Virus record (IMG/VR): IMGVR_UViG_3300011337_000669
DNA from: a virus
Taxonomy: Duplodnaviria; Caudoviricetes
DNA length: 64,000 nucleotides
Strand: one strand, 5' to 3'
Part shown: one piece after another, positions 1 through 11,054 of the stretch
Numbering within the stretch: the first letter of the stretch is position 1
Layout: every line of letters begins with the position of its first letter
Made by a program: the position numbers and the translations under genes
The notes under the pieces: generated by a model
Seen by the model: only the letters and a program-made list of their open reading frames with translations
The model's database searches: none
What the model was told of the DNA's origin: nothing

Positions 1-3000
1 TGTTATTGTTGACTTATAAGACCTATATTTGTATATGTCGTATAAACTAATATTTTGTGTCGACACAGGACGACCAGATACTTGATTTGACATATCAAGT
101 ATGGCGTTTATTGATTCTGACGTAGCCTTTCCATTATCTTGTGAAACTGTCATCGAATAAAAAATATTTTGATTTCTTGTCCCGACATCAACATTAAATC
201 CTACACATCTATTAGAAAGTGCCCAATCTTTTTTTCCTTGTTGATTTTCAATCAAAGGATTAGGTTGTCGACTCATGTCAAATCCATCACTTCTAAATTT
301 GAAAGTCTCTTTTTGAAGGTTTGGATATTGGGATGGTTTACCAACATAAAAACAAACTAACTTTGGACTCGCGTTCCTATAATCTACGTTCAAAAAAGTA
401 CCCCACATGTCATTTGCGAATTCGGAAGAAGCTTGCGCTTTAGGTGTTGCAGTGACATCCACATCTTGAATACCATAGAAGTTTACATAAGCTGGAAGTG
501 GCATCACAGTGAAGTTATTATTCATCAAAATTGTGCTGATGAAGGTATATACACTCATCGTTTGATTCAATGAGTTTGTATTAAACATGTTTTGGAGACT
601 GAATATATCCAATATTATTGTTTCCCCTATGTTTCGGGATGCTCTATCCAAAAATAAAAAGTCCTCAAACAAAGTTTTTGATTTGTAATCCCCACCAGCA
701 ATCCATTTGTCGTTAAGGGTTTTGAATACTTCATACATTTCCACTTTACCTTGTTCACCTGAAATCACACTATTAATTGCCCGTTCAGGTAATTGTTGTT
801 GTTTTGGAAGTACTGCTCTTAAGCCACTTAATACTCCATCCAAAAAGTTATTTTGAATTCCAGTTTCTCTTTGTAGATATTGACTCAATTGATTTTGAAA
901 TTGGGATGCACTCAAATTTGGATTGACTAACTTTTGAGTTGCGTACATTTTGATAATAGGTGCCAACAATGTGATGTTTCGGCTTGAGAACTCAATATTA
1001 TTATCAATAAAAAAATCTGTAATATATGACCCTAAAGAACTATATCTAACATTAGGGATTGTTGAAAACCCTACCTCAGTTTCTAATGTAGTCCATGCCT
1101 GTCTATTATTAATTTGAGATTGACTTAATGTTAAATTACTACCCACCTGTGGTAATGAATTCGGAACATATGGTTCAAACTTAATTGGGTCGACGACAAC
1201 TTGTAAATTGTTGTGAGACAAATAAGAATCGAAAATTCTTCTTTCATAGTTAGATGGATTACCATATTTGAATATAATATCAAACTCCATAAAGGATTTT
1301 ATCCCATTTTGAAAGACACCAAATTGATTGTTGATTGTATTTGTAAAATATTGTTCCTCTGTTTCTGATTGTGTTTTTCTTGGTACTGTCATCAAACTTT
1401 TGAACAATGATTGGAAGTTTTTGAAGTTTGCATTAGTATTGACTGTGGATTGTCCAAATGTAGTTACATTAGTCCCAACAGTTGCATTAGCCATTGGTTT
1501 ACAGAAATTCAAAAATTCAAGTTCGAATGAATCTAAAATTTTCTTTTCGAAAACAGAAAAGACCTCTTCAATTTTTGTGTAATTGTCTTGAGTTAAGAAG
1601 TATAATGGAGTTTGGTTATTATCAGTTGTGATAAAGTTCAAATAAGAATCTGGTTCAGGAAATGCCAATTGGTTGTTATCAAAATATCCAAAGTTTGGTG
1701 CTGACCATAAACATCTGACCGTTCCGTTATACATGTTCGGATTACTAGTCAAATTTACTTTAGTCGTAGGTGTTGTCGTTTGATTTACGATACAAGAATC
1801 AATTGTTTGATTGAATGGTGTACCAAATGAAGGTACCACAAAATAATCGTCTCCTTGAGTATTATCCTTAGGATTACAATCAATCGGAAGTTGTGGTGTT
1901 ATATTTGGTAGTAACACAGACCAAGTCGTCAATCTTAAATTTTTATCCCCTTGTTTTACATTATTAATATTAGAGGAACTGAAATTATATAACTTCATAC
2001 CTGAATTAATACTATTCTGTATTTCCTCATTTGTATAAAATTGATACAAATCATATCCAGTATAAAAGACATTCAAATCGTTAATCACTTTAGGATAAAA
2101 CCCGACTTGCATTCCTATACTAGCAACACCTTCACTTTGTAATTGAATATCTTTTGTAGACCCTTGATATTTGAAAAAATATACTTGAGTAGTTGAACTT
2201 GTGGGAGGATAGTAATTTCCCGCATAATCAAAGTTTTTCCAAGCACTTTCTAAGATATCAACATTAGTTTCTTTGTATTTTTTGTACCTGTGCCAAATTG
2301 AACCATATTTCAAAATCCAAGCATAAGGTAGTTTGTGGATAGCCCCAAATTTTTTCAATGCTGACGAAATATAATCCAAATCACTTGTAACATCATTTGT
2401 TAAAGATTTGTATTTTTCTCTCAATGTCGCCAAAGGTAATGAGTTCAAAAACAAATATGCCGCTTGTACATATGGATAGGTATTCCCTGATACCCTTGAA
2501 TTATAAACACCGTTTTGTATTGCGTTTATAAAGTAAGGAGTATTCAACATTGAAGTAGTACTTCTCGGGCTAAACACACCTGTTGGGGTAGTCCCGTTGA
2601 CATATCCTTCAGTCGGAACAAAAGTATTAGGAGTTCTACTTAAATAAAATGCGTTTAGTCCAACAGGACCATATGTAATATAATCAGAAAGTCCTGATAG
2701 GTCGATGAGTGAAGTTGGGTTTTCATTTAATATATAAGAAAAATTAGTTACAGGTCTATTGGTCGTATAATTATAAACGTCTGTAAAGTTGGCAATAATT
2801 TTCCTTGGCTCGAAAATAGTTAAAGACTTGTTTGTATTATAAACCTGATTTGATACCGCGCTATTTCCTTGATTCAAATTGTTTAGACACCAAGTTTGAT
2901 CAGTATAAGGTAAAGTATCCACAATGAGAGGGTCATTCGAAGCATTCAAAACTAAAGACCTTAATGCATCAGACTTCGTTGTGACTTGTGGTATCTTTCC

Positions 3001-5577
3001 AATATCTAATGTATTTAGAATTCCGAAAGAATTCTGAGTTAATCCTTTAATATACGGAGTGACAAAGAAATCCCTGATATAATCTTGATATGCTCGTCCT
3101 GTGCCTGAGTTCGAAATGTTTTCGAGAAAATCAGGATAATTTGCTGCTGTGAGGTTAAAGTTTTTTAATTTTAGTGTTAAATATGGAGAACTAATACCAA
3201 GTTTCTTCTGTAGGTTATTAACTTCAGTCTCAATATTCAATCTATTCAATTCATCAACTTGGCTGGAATTAGCACGAATCAATCCTGAATAATGTGAAGT
3301 CAAAAACTGACGTTCCCAAATTTCATAGAAAAATTTAATTTCTTCTTTGTTTGAATACGCAACTCCTGTTGATGGAAATTCTATGGCGTTGATGTTAATA
3401 ATACTTGTGTCTCTCTCACTTTCCAATGGTGGAGGTGAAATAGGACTTTGAAATTTTTGGGTTAATCCCCTCAAATATTCCTCGACAAACTCGACTTCAG
3501 GCCACTTGTCAAAAAGATACCCTTGAGTCAAATTAACAACAGAAGGATCTGCAATATATTTTAATTGAAATTTATTTTTATCCTCAGAAGATTCCACCGA
3601 GAATTGTGGCCAAGGATAAACTGGTATTTGGGAATTCACCGCATCCGCATTCAATTGATTTTCGTTGAATAATAAAAATTCATCTCTTGAAACCAAATCT
3701 CTCGAATCACTACTCGGAGCAGATGACGGGTTATAAAATATTGCCCTACTACGAACTGGGTCATATTTTACATTCCAAGCATTAGTATGAACATCATCCA
3801 ATAATCGAATAAAACCCTCAGCTGATGCCATTATCACAGCAATCATGTTTCTAACAGTAGGCTTAAATCCAATACCTGTATCAGTGTCTTCAATTTTTCT
3901 TAAAAGTAACGCAGAAATCTCACTTTCGGCCTCGGACAATTTTTGGTTTGCTTGTGACTCCATTGAAGAAATTTCTTTGATAAATCTTCCTTCTCCCTCA
4001 AATATAAACCAAGATTGAGGAACTGGTTTTGAGTTTGATAAACTTAAAAGTGTATTTATCGCTCCTACAGGATTTGTTGAGGATTCACGTTCAGTTGGTA
4101 TAAACAAATATGCGAGACTATTTTTCAAATTAATTTGGTCTTCTATTGTTGGATTACTAATACCTGTTTGTATTCTAACCGTTTCAAACCAATTAAGACT
4201 ACTCGTCTCAGGAGCAGTTATTGAAATCATGTCGTACTTTATTGGATTAGGAATTGGTGCCGTACCTTTTGAACCTAGTGTAGGGTTTTCGGATAAACTC
4301 TTATTATATTCGATAATGTCTCCTTGTAATTTAGAAATGGCAGTGTCTTTAACTTCACGCGACAAATCTTTGAAGACATATGCCCTCTCTCCCGATTTCA
4401 ACACTATCGGTTTCGGATTCATGTAAGTCTTGAACCAAGAGTTTTCTCCACCAACAATAGCAGTAAAATATCGATTTATAGTATCTTTATAATTTCTAAT
4501 GTTCGTTAGAGGTTCTACGTCAGCCTTTTCAAAAGACCTAAAGATGTTTGCCTCGAATTGTTGCAACTTATTCATAAGTTGTACCAAAGTAAGTTCAGGA
4601 AAATCTAAAGGGATTAAACCCTTGGACTTATACTCACTATAAACTTCAATTATTTTTTGATAACCTTTTTCAGCAACTAATTGTGTCACCACAGCGGTGT
4701 CCGACCCTAAATTGTTTGCACCCTTTTCAGCTTGTGTACTTGCTTGTGATTCAGCCGCTTTATTAGGTTGTTGTGGGCCATCTAAAGTTTGTGTAATATC
4801 AAACCTTTGGCTATACATGTGAGGAGCAGCAATAAGATGTCCCATTGAAATTTCCCCCAATATGTTAAATTTATATCCGATAAATTTTAATCTTACCTGA
4901 TAATTCCCGCTAAACCCATTGAATGAAGCGTGGAATGTTTGTAAGTTAAGTTGATACCTAATTGCTTGTCCATAATACCCTTTTAGTGTAAGATAGAATG
5001 GAGGATAAGGCATGTTGAAGAATGCCGCATAAGGTGAACTATCACCAAATTCAAATAGTCCTCTACCTTGTACATCCTCCAAAAGTATTTCAACTGTAGG
5101 CACAAAACTTGTGTTTGTCACTATATTGATTGAGGTAATACCCAATAATCCAGTATCAATAATTTCTCGTTGATTTACGGATGTATTAAGTAAGTAAGGA
5201 TCTTGAGAACTATTAGTAGTATTTGCAATTTCGTTTGGTTGGTTAACTGCATTAAATTGGGTTGAGTTTTCTCCAGTCAATTCATCATAATATCCTGCAC
5301 CTAAAGATGAATTTTTTGTTGGTTTTAGAAAATTCATTTTAGCAACTGAAATAGTTACTAATCTATTATCAGGACTTCCACCAACCGCTAGTTTAGTTCT
5401 TGGAACCACATCAGCTTCCAAATTGGCATACATAACGAGATTTTCATGGTCAACAAGTCTTTCTCGAATATTTCCAAAATCATCGGTAGTCTTGTTTGGG
5501 TCAACCACAATAATATTGTTTTCGTCAACTTCAACAAAAATATTTCCACTTGTGTCTGCCTGTATGTTACCTGCCAT
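1..5577 (-). CDS. Large (>1859 aa) putative baseplate/tail structural protein, runs off the window edge (C-terminus missing)
   Basis: Absent from the ORF track because no stop lies in the window. ATG at 5577 (MAGNIQADTSGNIFVEVDENNII...). The frame was open at every point sampled (e.g. PVYPWPQF near 3610, YLFLNSLPLATLREKYK near 2410, ...YKYRSYKSTIT at position 1). Overlaps the upstream LysM-like gene by 11 nt, in baseplate context. Confidence 0.75.
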   Translation of the reverse strand, partial: MAGNIQADTSGNIFVEVDENNIIVVDPNKTTDDFGNIRERLVDHENLVMYANLEADVVPRTKLAVGGSPDNRLVTISVAKMNFLKPTKNSSLGAGYYDELTGENSTQFNAVNQPNEIANTTNSSQDPYLLNTSVNQREIIDTGLLGITSINIVTNTSFVPTVEILLEDVQGRGLFEFGDSSPYAAFFNMPYPPFYLTLKGYYGQAIRYQLNLQTFHASFNGFSGNYQVRLKFIGYKFNILGEISMGHLIAAPHMYSQRFDITQTLDGPQQPNKAAESQASTQAEKGANNLGSDTAVVTQLVAEKGYQKIIEVYSEYKSKGLIPLDFPELTLVQLMNKLQQFEANIFRSFEKADVEPLTNIRNYKDTINRYFTAIVGGENSWFKTYMNPKPIVLKSGERAYVFKDLSREVKDTAISKLQGDIIEYNKSLSENPTLGSKGTAPIPNPIKYDMISITAPETSSLNWFETVRIQTGISNPTIEDQINLKNSLAYLFIPTERESSTNPVGAINTLLSLSNSKPVPQSWFIFEGEGRFIKEISSMESQANQKLSEAESEISALLLRKIEDTDTGIGFKPTVRNMIAVIMASAEGFIRLLDDVHTNAWNVKYDPVRSRAIFYNPSSAPSSDSRDLVSRDEFLLFNENQLNADAVNSQIPVYPWPQFSVESSEDKNKFQLKYIADPSVVNLTQGYLFDKWPEVEFVEEYLRGLTQKFQSPISPPPLESERDTSIININAIEFPSTGVAYSNKEEIKFFYEIWERQFLTSHYSGLIRANSSQVDELNRLNIETEVNNLQKKLGISSPYLTLKLKNFNLTAANYPDFLENISNSGTGRAYQDYIRDFFVTPYIKGLTQNSFGILNTLDIGKIPQVTTKSDALRSLVLNASNDPLIVDTLPYTDQTWCLNNLNQGNSAVSNQVYNTNKSLTIFEPRKIIANFTDVYNYTTNRPVTNFSYILNENPTSLIDLSGLSDYITYGPVGLNAFYLSRTPNTFVPTEGYVNGTTPTGVFSPRSTTSMLNTPYFINAIQNGVYNSRVSGNTYPYVQAAYLFLNSLPLATLREKYKSLTNDVTSDLDYISSALKKFGAIHKLPYAWILKYGSIWHRYKKYKETNVDILESAWKNFDYAGNYYPPTSSTTQVYFFKYQGSTKDIQLQSEGVASIGMQVGFYPKVINDLNVFYTGYDLYQFYTNEEIQNSINSGMKLYNFSSSNINNVKQGDKNLRLTTWSVLLPNITPQLPIDCNPKDNTQGDDYFVVPSFGTPFNQTIDSCIVNQTTTPTTKVNLTSNPNMYNGTVRCLWSAPNFGYFDNNQLAFPEPDSYLNFITTDNNQTPLYFLTQDNYTKIEEVFSVFEKKILDSFELEFLNFCKPMANATVGTNVTTFGQSTVNTNANFKNFQSLFKSLMTVPRKTQSETEEQYFTNTINNQFGVFQNGIKSFMEFDIIFKYGNPSNYERRIFDSYLSHNNLQVVVDPIKFEPYVPNSLPQVGSNLTLSQSQINNRQAWTTLETEVGFSTIPNVRYSSLGSYITDFFIDNNIEFSSRNITLLAPIIKMYATQKLVNPNLSASQFQNQLSQYLQRETGIQNNFLDGVLSGLRAVLPKQQQLPERAINSVISGEQGKVEMYEVFKTLNDKWIAGGDYKSKTLFEDFLFLDRASRNIGETIILDIFSLQNMFNTNSLNQTMSVYTFISTILMNNNFTVMPLPAYVNFYGIQDVDVTATPKAQASSEFANDMWGTFLNVDYRNASPKLVCFYVGKPSQYPNLQKETFKFRSDGFDMSRQPNPLIENQQGKKDWALSNRCVGFNVDVGTRNQNIFYSMTVSQDNGKATSESINAILDMSNQVSGRPVSTQNISLYDIYKYRSYKSTIT

Positions 5578-5890
5578 AATAATAAAAATGATTTTCTAAT
5601 GCCCCTTTATAGTCTTGTAATGATGGTAGAAGAGGAAATGGAATAATCAATACTGCCCCATCATAAATATTATTTTCAAGACCCCCGAATTGTGGATTCG
5701 CCTGAAGAATTAACCATCCAAACACAGGTGAGTTATAATATTCTTGTGAAACTTTATCTAATCTACTTTTTGCCACTTTATAAATAAATGCCTTATCCGT
5801 TGGTTTTTGAGGCAAAGAAATATATGGGACTACTGTTTGTTCCCCATTAATAATAAAATCACTATATCTATTCCAATATTGATATGCCAT
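5567..5890 (-). CDS. LysM-like baseplate protein (T4 gp53 / P2 GpX-like)
   Basis: RLDKVSQEYYNSPVFGWLILQANP...IYDGAVLIIPFP pattern; 107 aa; baseplate context. Confidence 0.75.
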   Translation of the reverse strand: MAYQYWNRYSDFIINGEQTVVPYISLPQKPTDKAFIYKVAKSRLDKVSQEYYNSPVFGWLILQANPQFGGLENNIYDGAVLIIPFPLLPSLQDYKGALENHFYYYGR

Positions 5891-8800
5891 TAGTTTAGTT
5901 TTGCTTTTGATATATATGCATTAGGTAGATTTCCATTCAAATCATTCCAAGTTAATACATTCGTATTTTGGTTTGTTGTGTTAGCTAATCCTTTTATCAG
6001 ATTTTCTTTTGTTTGTTTTTCTGATGGACCAGAAGGGTCGACACTTGTAAAGGTAAAGTTCCTCTGTTTGTTTGAATCGAATGGAGTATAAATTAAATAA
6101 TTTTTCAAATCGGTTTTTTCCAAATTTTCAATAAATGATTTTGTGATATTATTTTCCTCCAAGAAAACTGGTCTTACAGTTTTAGTCCAATATGTATCAA
6201 ATATTGCCTCAATGTCAACAGACCCGTTACCAAGCAATGATTGATTTCCAATAATGTTACCAATAAGTTCTTGTTTGAACGTTTCGTATTTTTTTTCATC
6301 GATAACATCATCAGACACAATCATATAAACTCTTCGGAATGGTTGACTACTAAACTGTGGATTGGTGCTAAACGGTTTGAAAACTTCTTGGACAGTAACC
6401 TCGTTCGATTTTCCATTAATAGTTTTATATACTAGAACTCCTTCATACTCTGTGCTAGTCGCAGGATAAATAAACTTTGTCTTACGTTCAATTACAGTAT
6501 TAAATTTTTTAATATCATCTTGAATTTTTGCGGTATCTTGAACCAACTCCAAATAAGTATTTGAACTTGTAGATGATTTATGTACATCTGTTGTTCCTGA
6601 GGTTACATATATTGTTACCGGTCCATTTTTAGCTTGAAAACCATCGGTTCCATTACTACTACTCACAGGACTATAAAGTATAGTATTCAACCTACCGAGA
6701 GTTTGAAGATAATTTTGTTCTTCATTCACTAAACTTTGAGTTATTGTCGATATTGCATTTTCAAATGACCCACGTTTTCTTGACACAAAATTGGAATAAT
6801 TTTGTTTAATCGTTCTGATTAGTTTTGGTGATAAGTTTTTGGATGGATCAGAAATATATTCTATAAATCCTTCTGTATTATCCGTTATATTTTTAACTAA
6901 TTCACCAAATATGGTATCGAACCTTTTTTCAACATTGTTAGGTTTTCCAAATAATATTACATCATCTGTATTAATTTCAAAATTACCTTTAGTATAATTT
7001 CTTTCCAACATCCATTGTTGTCTTACCGCATTATTATATTGATTAACACTCTCTTTAGATTTATTTACAATATTTGTGAAATATGTTTGGGTGGTACTTA
7101 CTACTTTATTCATAAAAGTACTGTAACTCAAAATTCCTGTTGTATTTCCACTTGTATCCGTAACATTACTAAGAATATTTCCAATAGTACTATTGTTATC
7201 TTGACCGTTATTCGGAGCACCGTTATTAATACCAGGTATTGGTGGAGGAACTTCGCCTGCTAAAAATATTTGGTCTAATATTCTTGAAGACTCAATATCT
7301 GTAGCATCCGCTCTATCGTCATAAATCTCAGTGTTGGCATAGTAGTTAAATGTCAATGCGTTCTGTAACTTATCAACCGACTCTTTTAACCCACTACCTC
7401 CGACAAATTTGAAATTCATCGAAATATTCGCAATCATAGGTTGTACACCAATACCCTCAGGATTGATATCTAAACCTTCGTATGTGATTGAAAGTCCATC
7501 AGGGATAATCTTTGTATTATAAAAATCCCCTACTCTCAACACCAATACTGGAGGTGCACCAAATGATGTATTACTAGCGTCTTTGTTATAGTTTAGAGTC
7601 TGTGTCTCACCATCTTGTTTAACTGTAGGAATAGTATCACCAGGCCTCATACATTGCTGTAAGAATGTCAGTCTTGAGTTTAACCCTTCTGGTGTTATTG
7701 AATGGAATGACGGTTGGAAAAACTTCAACTTGTCTTTCAAATTATCAAAAACCATTGGTGTTGTTTCCTTAATAACTTCGAAATAATCACACTCTGATAA
7801 CAAGGCTCTCACAACTCTTTTAGTTATATTATCTCTTGGTTCCCATCGTTGTTCAATGACAGGTTCTGTTACAGTTTGTGTGACGACATTACCAATCAAC
7901 ACTGGAACTGTGCCTGAACCCGAATTTGGGTTTGTCTGTCCTCCTGGAATTGATTGGGTATTTGGACCAGTTTGAGGATTATTCAGAGTTGATTTAATAT
8001 TGGAAATGAAAGATCTTCTACATGCCATGGCTGGCACAGTATATATATCTTTAGATCCTGCTTGAGTATCCCCACCTACAGTATTTACATCTTTATCTGT
8101 ACAATTGACCCTTTTTCCTGTATCAAACGGAAGAGTATACGGAGCGGATGTTGTTTTAGAAACTAATGGTTCAGCATTTGTGTTTTCCCCAAAAGCGTTT
8201 TGTGGTTTAACTAATAACCTCTGATTGGCCACGTACTTTGATGTCGCAGGATTTTCAGCAAAAAATTTAATCATTGATTTAATTCTTCTATCCGATAATT
8301 CTTTGTTATATCCTTGAGTCGCAGGTGCTGAACAACTAGAATCAATGTCTATCGTTACTGTTCCTTGAGTATTAACTTCAAGTTGTTTACCTAACTCGAT
8401 AGCAAATTGATTAATTACATCATAATTTGGGGTGACTACTGTGTCAAAAAATGTCGCGGTTTCACTAGCGTTTGATTTAGTAGCGTATTCTGGTTTTTCT
8501 CCAATATATCTTACATATTCTTCTGTATAATTTACTTCGGTTTTCGGTTTTGGATAATCATTTCCAAAATAAAATCCAAGTTGTACATACTTCTTAAAGT
8601 CTAAGTCTGTGTTACCCCCTCCACCCGATTGAGCAACTGGTACATCATATCCATTAGGAGAGAAAGCACCTGATTCTATTGTTCCACGAGTATATATAAT
8701 TTGTTCTCGTGACATTTCTTTCGAAGTAATCGCTTGTTGCAATTCAAACAAATCATTTGGATTTACATTGGAATACAATTTTGCCAATTCATAGATGTCG

Positions 8801-10980
8801 TACTTTCTACATCCTGCAAAAAAAGATTCCAAAATACTATCAATACGAGTCTTATTAATTTCATTACCCAAAACTTTATTAACAATGACATTTAGAACTG
8901 ATGGATGGTCTACAACAATTTTCCATTGAAGAGTTCCAGTTCTCGATGTATTTTTGTAAGTATAAATTGGTTCAGGTCGACCCAAAAAATCAGATTGATT
9001 CCAGTTTGTGGATACGCTTTCAGTAAATGTCAATCCATAAGGTGGAAACCACATAACTCTACCACCATTAGGACCTCTCTCACAAACAGGTAAATCAGAC
9101 GTAGAAAAACCTGGAGTACTAGATGTTCTCCATGCCAAGTTTTCCAATGAGAACATATATTTCTTTGCAACCGCATTGTTCACGGTTCCAATTATATTTG
9201 TGGAATCCTGACCACCTTCTTGTTTATTTGGGGCTATGTTTAAGTTATATGTCTTATCAAGAACGGAATACGCAAATCTTCTTCCTTCAGTTGTAATACC
9301 ATCTGTTTTTTGTAAATCGTTATATTGTAAGTATGGTAAATCTTTGGCAAACACACGACAATATTCTGTACCAACTTCTTGGCCAATAGCACCGACATAT
9401 TTATAAACTCTTGAACCTTTAGTAAGTTCTTTATATCCATCATGGAATACTTTACTTACTTGGTCTATTGCATTTCCTACGTGTTGAAGACGTTTACCTC
9501 CTTGTGGTTGGCTATCAATTAATCTTTGTGTGTCATCAAGTATCGAACCTTGTCTGAATTCGTTGTTTACTGATTCGGTATCAACATAAGATGAGGCCAG
9601 ATTCGAAAGGGCTGAATCTGATGATGCGGGTATAATCTCACCACCAATACCTACTTTCTTACCAGCGTTACCTTTATACTTTGGTGAAACCCAAGTGAAA
9701 CCACCTTCGATTCCACCTCCATTACTGTAGGTAGGACCGTTCGCTCCCAATCTAATAGATCGACTTGGTCCTTCATATAACTGTGCCAACTCTGAAGGTC
9801 CATAAACTGGTGATTGTTGTTCAACCCCAAATTGATTAACGGGTACATCTCCAACAGGAGAAAATACTTGGGAAGGGTTGGAAGTTATACTTCCAACATA
9901 AAAATTACTATTGTCTGATACAGTACCCAATAGAGCTCCTCCTACTCTTTGGAAAAAGTTTCTTGGAAAATTTGGTTTGTATCTATTGAAATCTATGTTT
10001 TTGAACAATCGAGACCTTTGTCCCGCTCCCATGTTATTGAACATGATTTGAGAACCAGTCTCTCCTCCACCCATTAACCTATTAACAAACTTACCAACAC
10101 CACTTCTTCTAAAAGCGTTGGAAATTTGTTGTATCGTCGTTGGTTGTCCTAAAGTCGTATTTGGGTCAAAATATGAACCTGGTATAGGTGAAACAGGTAA
10201 TATACTTCCTCCCAATCTTAGTGCAAAGTTTGCTGCGGCAAGTATTGGGTTTGCAGTTACTGTAATGGTATAAACAGGTTCTATGATAGGTACCACACCT
10301 GTCAAAATGTTAACAAGGTCAGTACCACTACTAACATTAAGGATGTTTGCTCTTCCTAAAGTATCTTGTCGTATCTGCGCAGCAATTCTTTGTTCAAACT
10401 CTCTTCTCAAAGTTTGAGCACCTAAACGAGCAATAAATGAATCTTGACTCAATAAACCATTATTTCCACTTGGATCAGGGGACAATAATATTGATACAGG
10501 AGTATAATTAGAGGATACAAATGTTGTTGGATATGGTTGATTGTTGGAAGTATTCGTTGTAATCGGCCTATTTAACGAACCAAAAAACTCAGCACTATCT
10601 AATGGAAGTTGGTTTCCATTTGAAAAAACGTTTAGAGGTTTCCACTTTTGAGATTCTGGTAACGATTGACCTACAATATTTGCGTCTTGGTATCCGTATT
10701 CTCCCTCATTTGATTTTGTATTTAATAATGATCCAGGGTCAGGTACTTGTTCATAACCACCCTCATTACCATATTGGTTCAGTGGATATAGTTTGTTTGC
10801 AAAAGATGGTACATCAATTAATTGATCGGGACTATCTTGTACAGAAGTATCTGACTGAATATATTCAGTATTAATAGCTTGGGTTGGTCTATTGGGAGCC
10901 TTAGCATATGGAGTTAAGTTCCTAACAATAAGTTTCTTTCTAAACCCATCTGAATTTACAAAATCTAACGGACTTGCCAT
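5890..10980 (-). CDS. Baseplate tube-initiator-like protein (two gp48/gp54-type tube domains) with an internal OmpA-like domain
   Basis: WFPPYGLTFTESVSTNWNQSDFLGRPEPIYTYKNTSRTGTLQWKIVVDHPS and FGAPPVLVLRVGDFYNTKIIPDGLSITYE...QPMIANISMNFKFVGG tube-like motifs; FYFGND...YNKELSDRRIKSMIKFF...FGE...RR OmpA-like motifs. Confidence 0.65.
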   Translation of the reverse strand: MASPLDFVNSDGFRKKLIVRNLTPYAKAPNRPTQAINTEYIQSDTSVQDSPDQLIDVPSFANKLYPLNQYGNEGGYEQVPDPGSLLNTKSNEGEYGYQDANIVGQSLPESQKWKPLNVFSNGNQLPLDSAEFFGSLNRPITTNTSNNQPYPTTFVSSNYTPVSILLSPDPSGNNGLLSQDSFIARLGAQTLRREFEQRIAAQIRQDTLGRANILNVSSGTDLVNILTGVVPIIEPVYTITVTANPILAAANFALRLGGSILPVSPIPGSYFDPNTTLGQPTTIQQISNAFRRSGVGKFVNRLMGGGETGSQIMFNNMGAGQRSRLFKNIDFNRYKPNFPRNFFQRVGGALLGTVSDNSNFYVGSITSNPSQVFSPVGDVPVNQFGVEQQSPVYGPSELAQLYEGPSRSIRLGANGPTYSNGGGIEGGFTWVSPKYKGNAGKKVGIGGEIIPASSDSALSNLASSYVDTESVNNEFRQGSILDDTQRLIDSQPQGGKRLQHVGNAIDQVSKVFHDGYKELTKGSRVYKYVGAIGQEVGTEYCRVFAKDLPYLQYNDLQKTDGITTEGRRFAYSVLDKTYNLNIAPNKQEGGQDSTNIIGTVNNAVAKKYMFSLENLAWRTSSTPGFSTSDLPVCERGPNGGRVMWFPPYGLTFTESVSTNWNQSDFLGRPEPIYTYKNTSRTGTLQWKIVVDHPSVLNVIVNKVLGNEINKTRIDSILESFFAGCRKYDIYELAKLYSNVNPNDLFELQQAITSKEMSREQIIYTRGTIESGAFSPNGYDVPVAQSGGGGNTDLDFKKYVQLGFYFGNDYPKPKTEVNYTEEYVRYIGEKPEYATKSNASETATFFDTVVTPNYDVINQFAIELGKQLEVNTQGTVTIDIDSSCSAPATQGYNKELSDRRIKSMIKFFAENPATSKYVANQRLLVKPQNAFGENTNAEPLVSKTTSAPYTLPFDTGKRVNCTDKDVNTVGGDTQAGSKDIYTVPAMACRRSFISNIKSTLNNPQTGPNTQSIPGGQTNPNSGSGTVPVLIGNVVTQTVTEPVIEQRWEPRDNITKRVVRALLSECDYFEVIKETTPMVFDNLKDKLKFFQPSFHSITPEGLNSRLTFLQQCMRPGDTIPTVKQDGETQTLNYNKDASNTSFGAPPVLVLRVGDFYNTKIIPDGLSITYEGLDINPEGIGVQPMIANISMNFKFVGGSGLKESVDKLQNALTFNYYANTEIYDDRADATDIESSRILDQIFLAGEVPPPIPGINNGAPNNGQDNNSTIGNILSNVTDTSGNTTGILSYSTFMNKVVSTTQTYFTNIVNKSKESVNQYNNAVRQQWMLERNYTKGNFEINTDDVILFGKPNNVEKRFDTIFGELVKNITDNTEGFIEYISDPSKNLSPKLIRTIKQNYSNFVSRKRGSFENAISTITQSLVNEEQNYLQTLGRLNTILYSPVSSSNGTDGFQAKNGPVTIYVTSGTTDVHKSSTSSNTYLELVQDTAKIQDDIKKFNTVIERKTKFIYPATSTEYEGVLVYKTINGKSNEVTVQEVFKPFSTNPQFSSQPFRRVYMIVSDDVIDEKKYETFKQELIGNIIGNQSLLGNGSVDIEAIFDTYWTKTVRPVFLEENNITKSFIENLEKTDLKNYLIYTPFDSNKQRNFTFTSVDPSGPSEKQTKENLIKGLANTTNQNTNVLTWNDLNGNLPNAYISKAKLN

Positions 10981-11054
10981 TTATAATTCTTTTTTAATAA
11001 ATAGAGAAAAAGTAATTTTTATACGAATTGTATTGTCTCCGTTTTAGATTTCCG

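Noticed and set aside
169-5646. Short plus-strand ORFs (169-360, 1328-1582, 4229-4426, 5446-5646)
   Set aside because: Antisense to the large minus-strand gene 1-5577, with no recognisable motifs.
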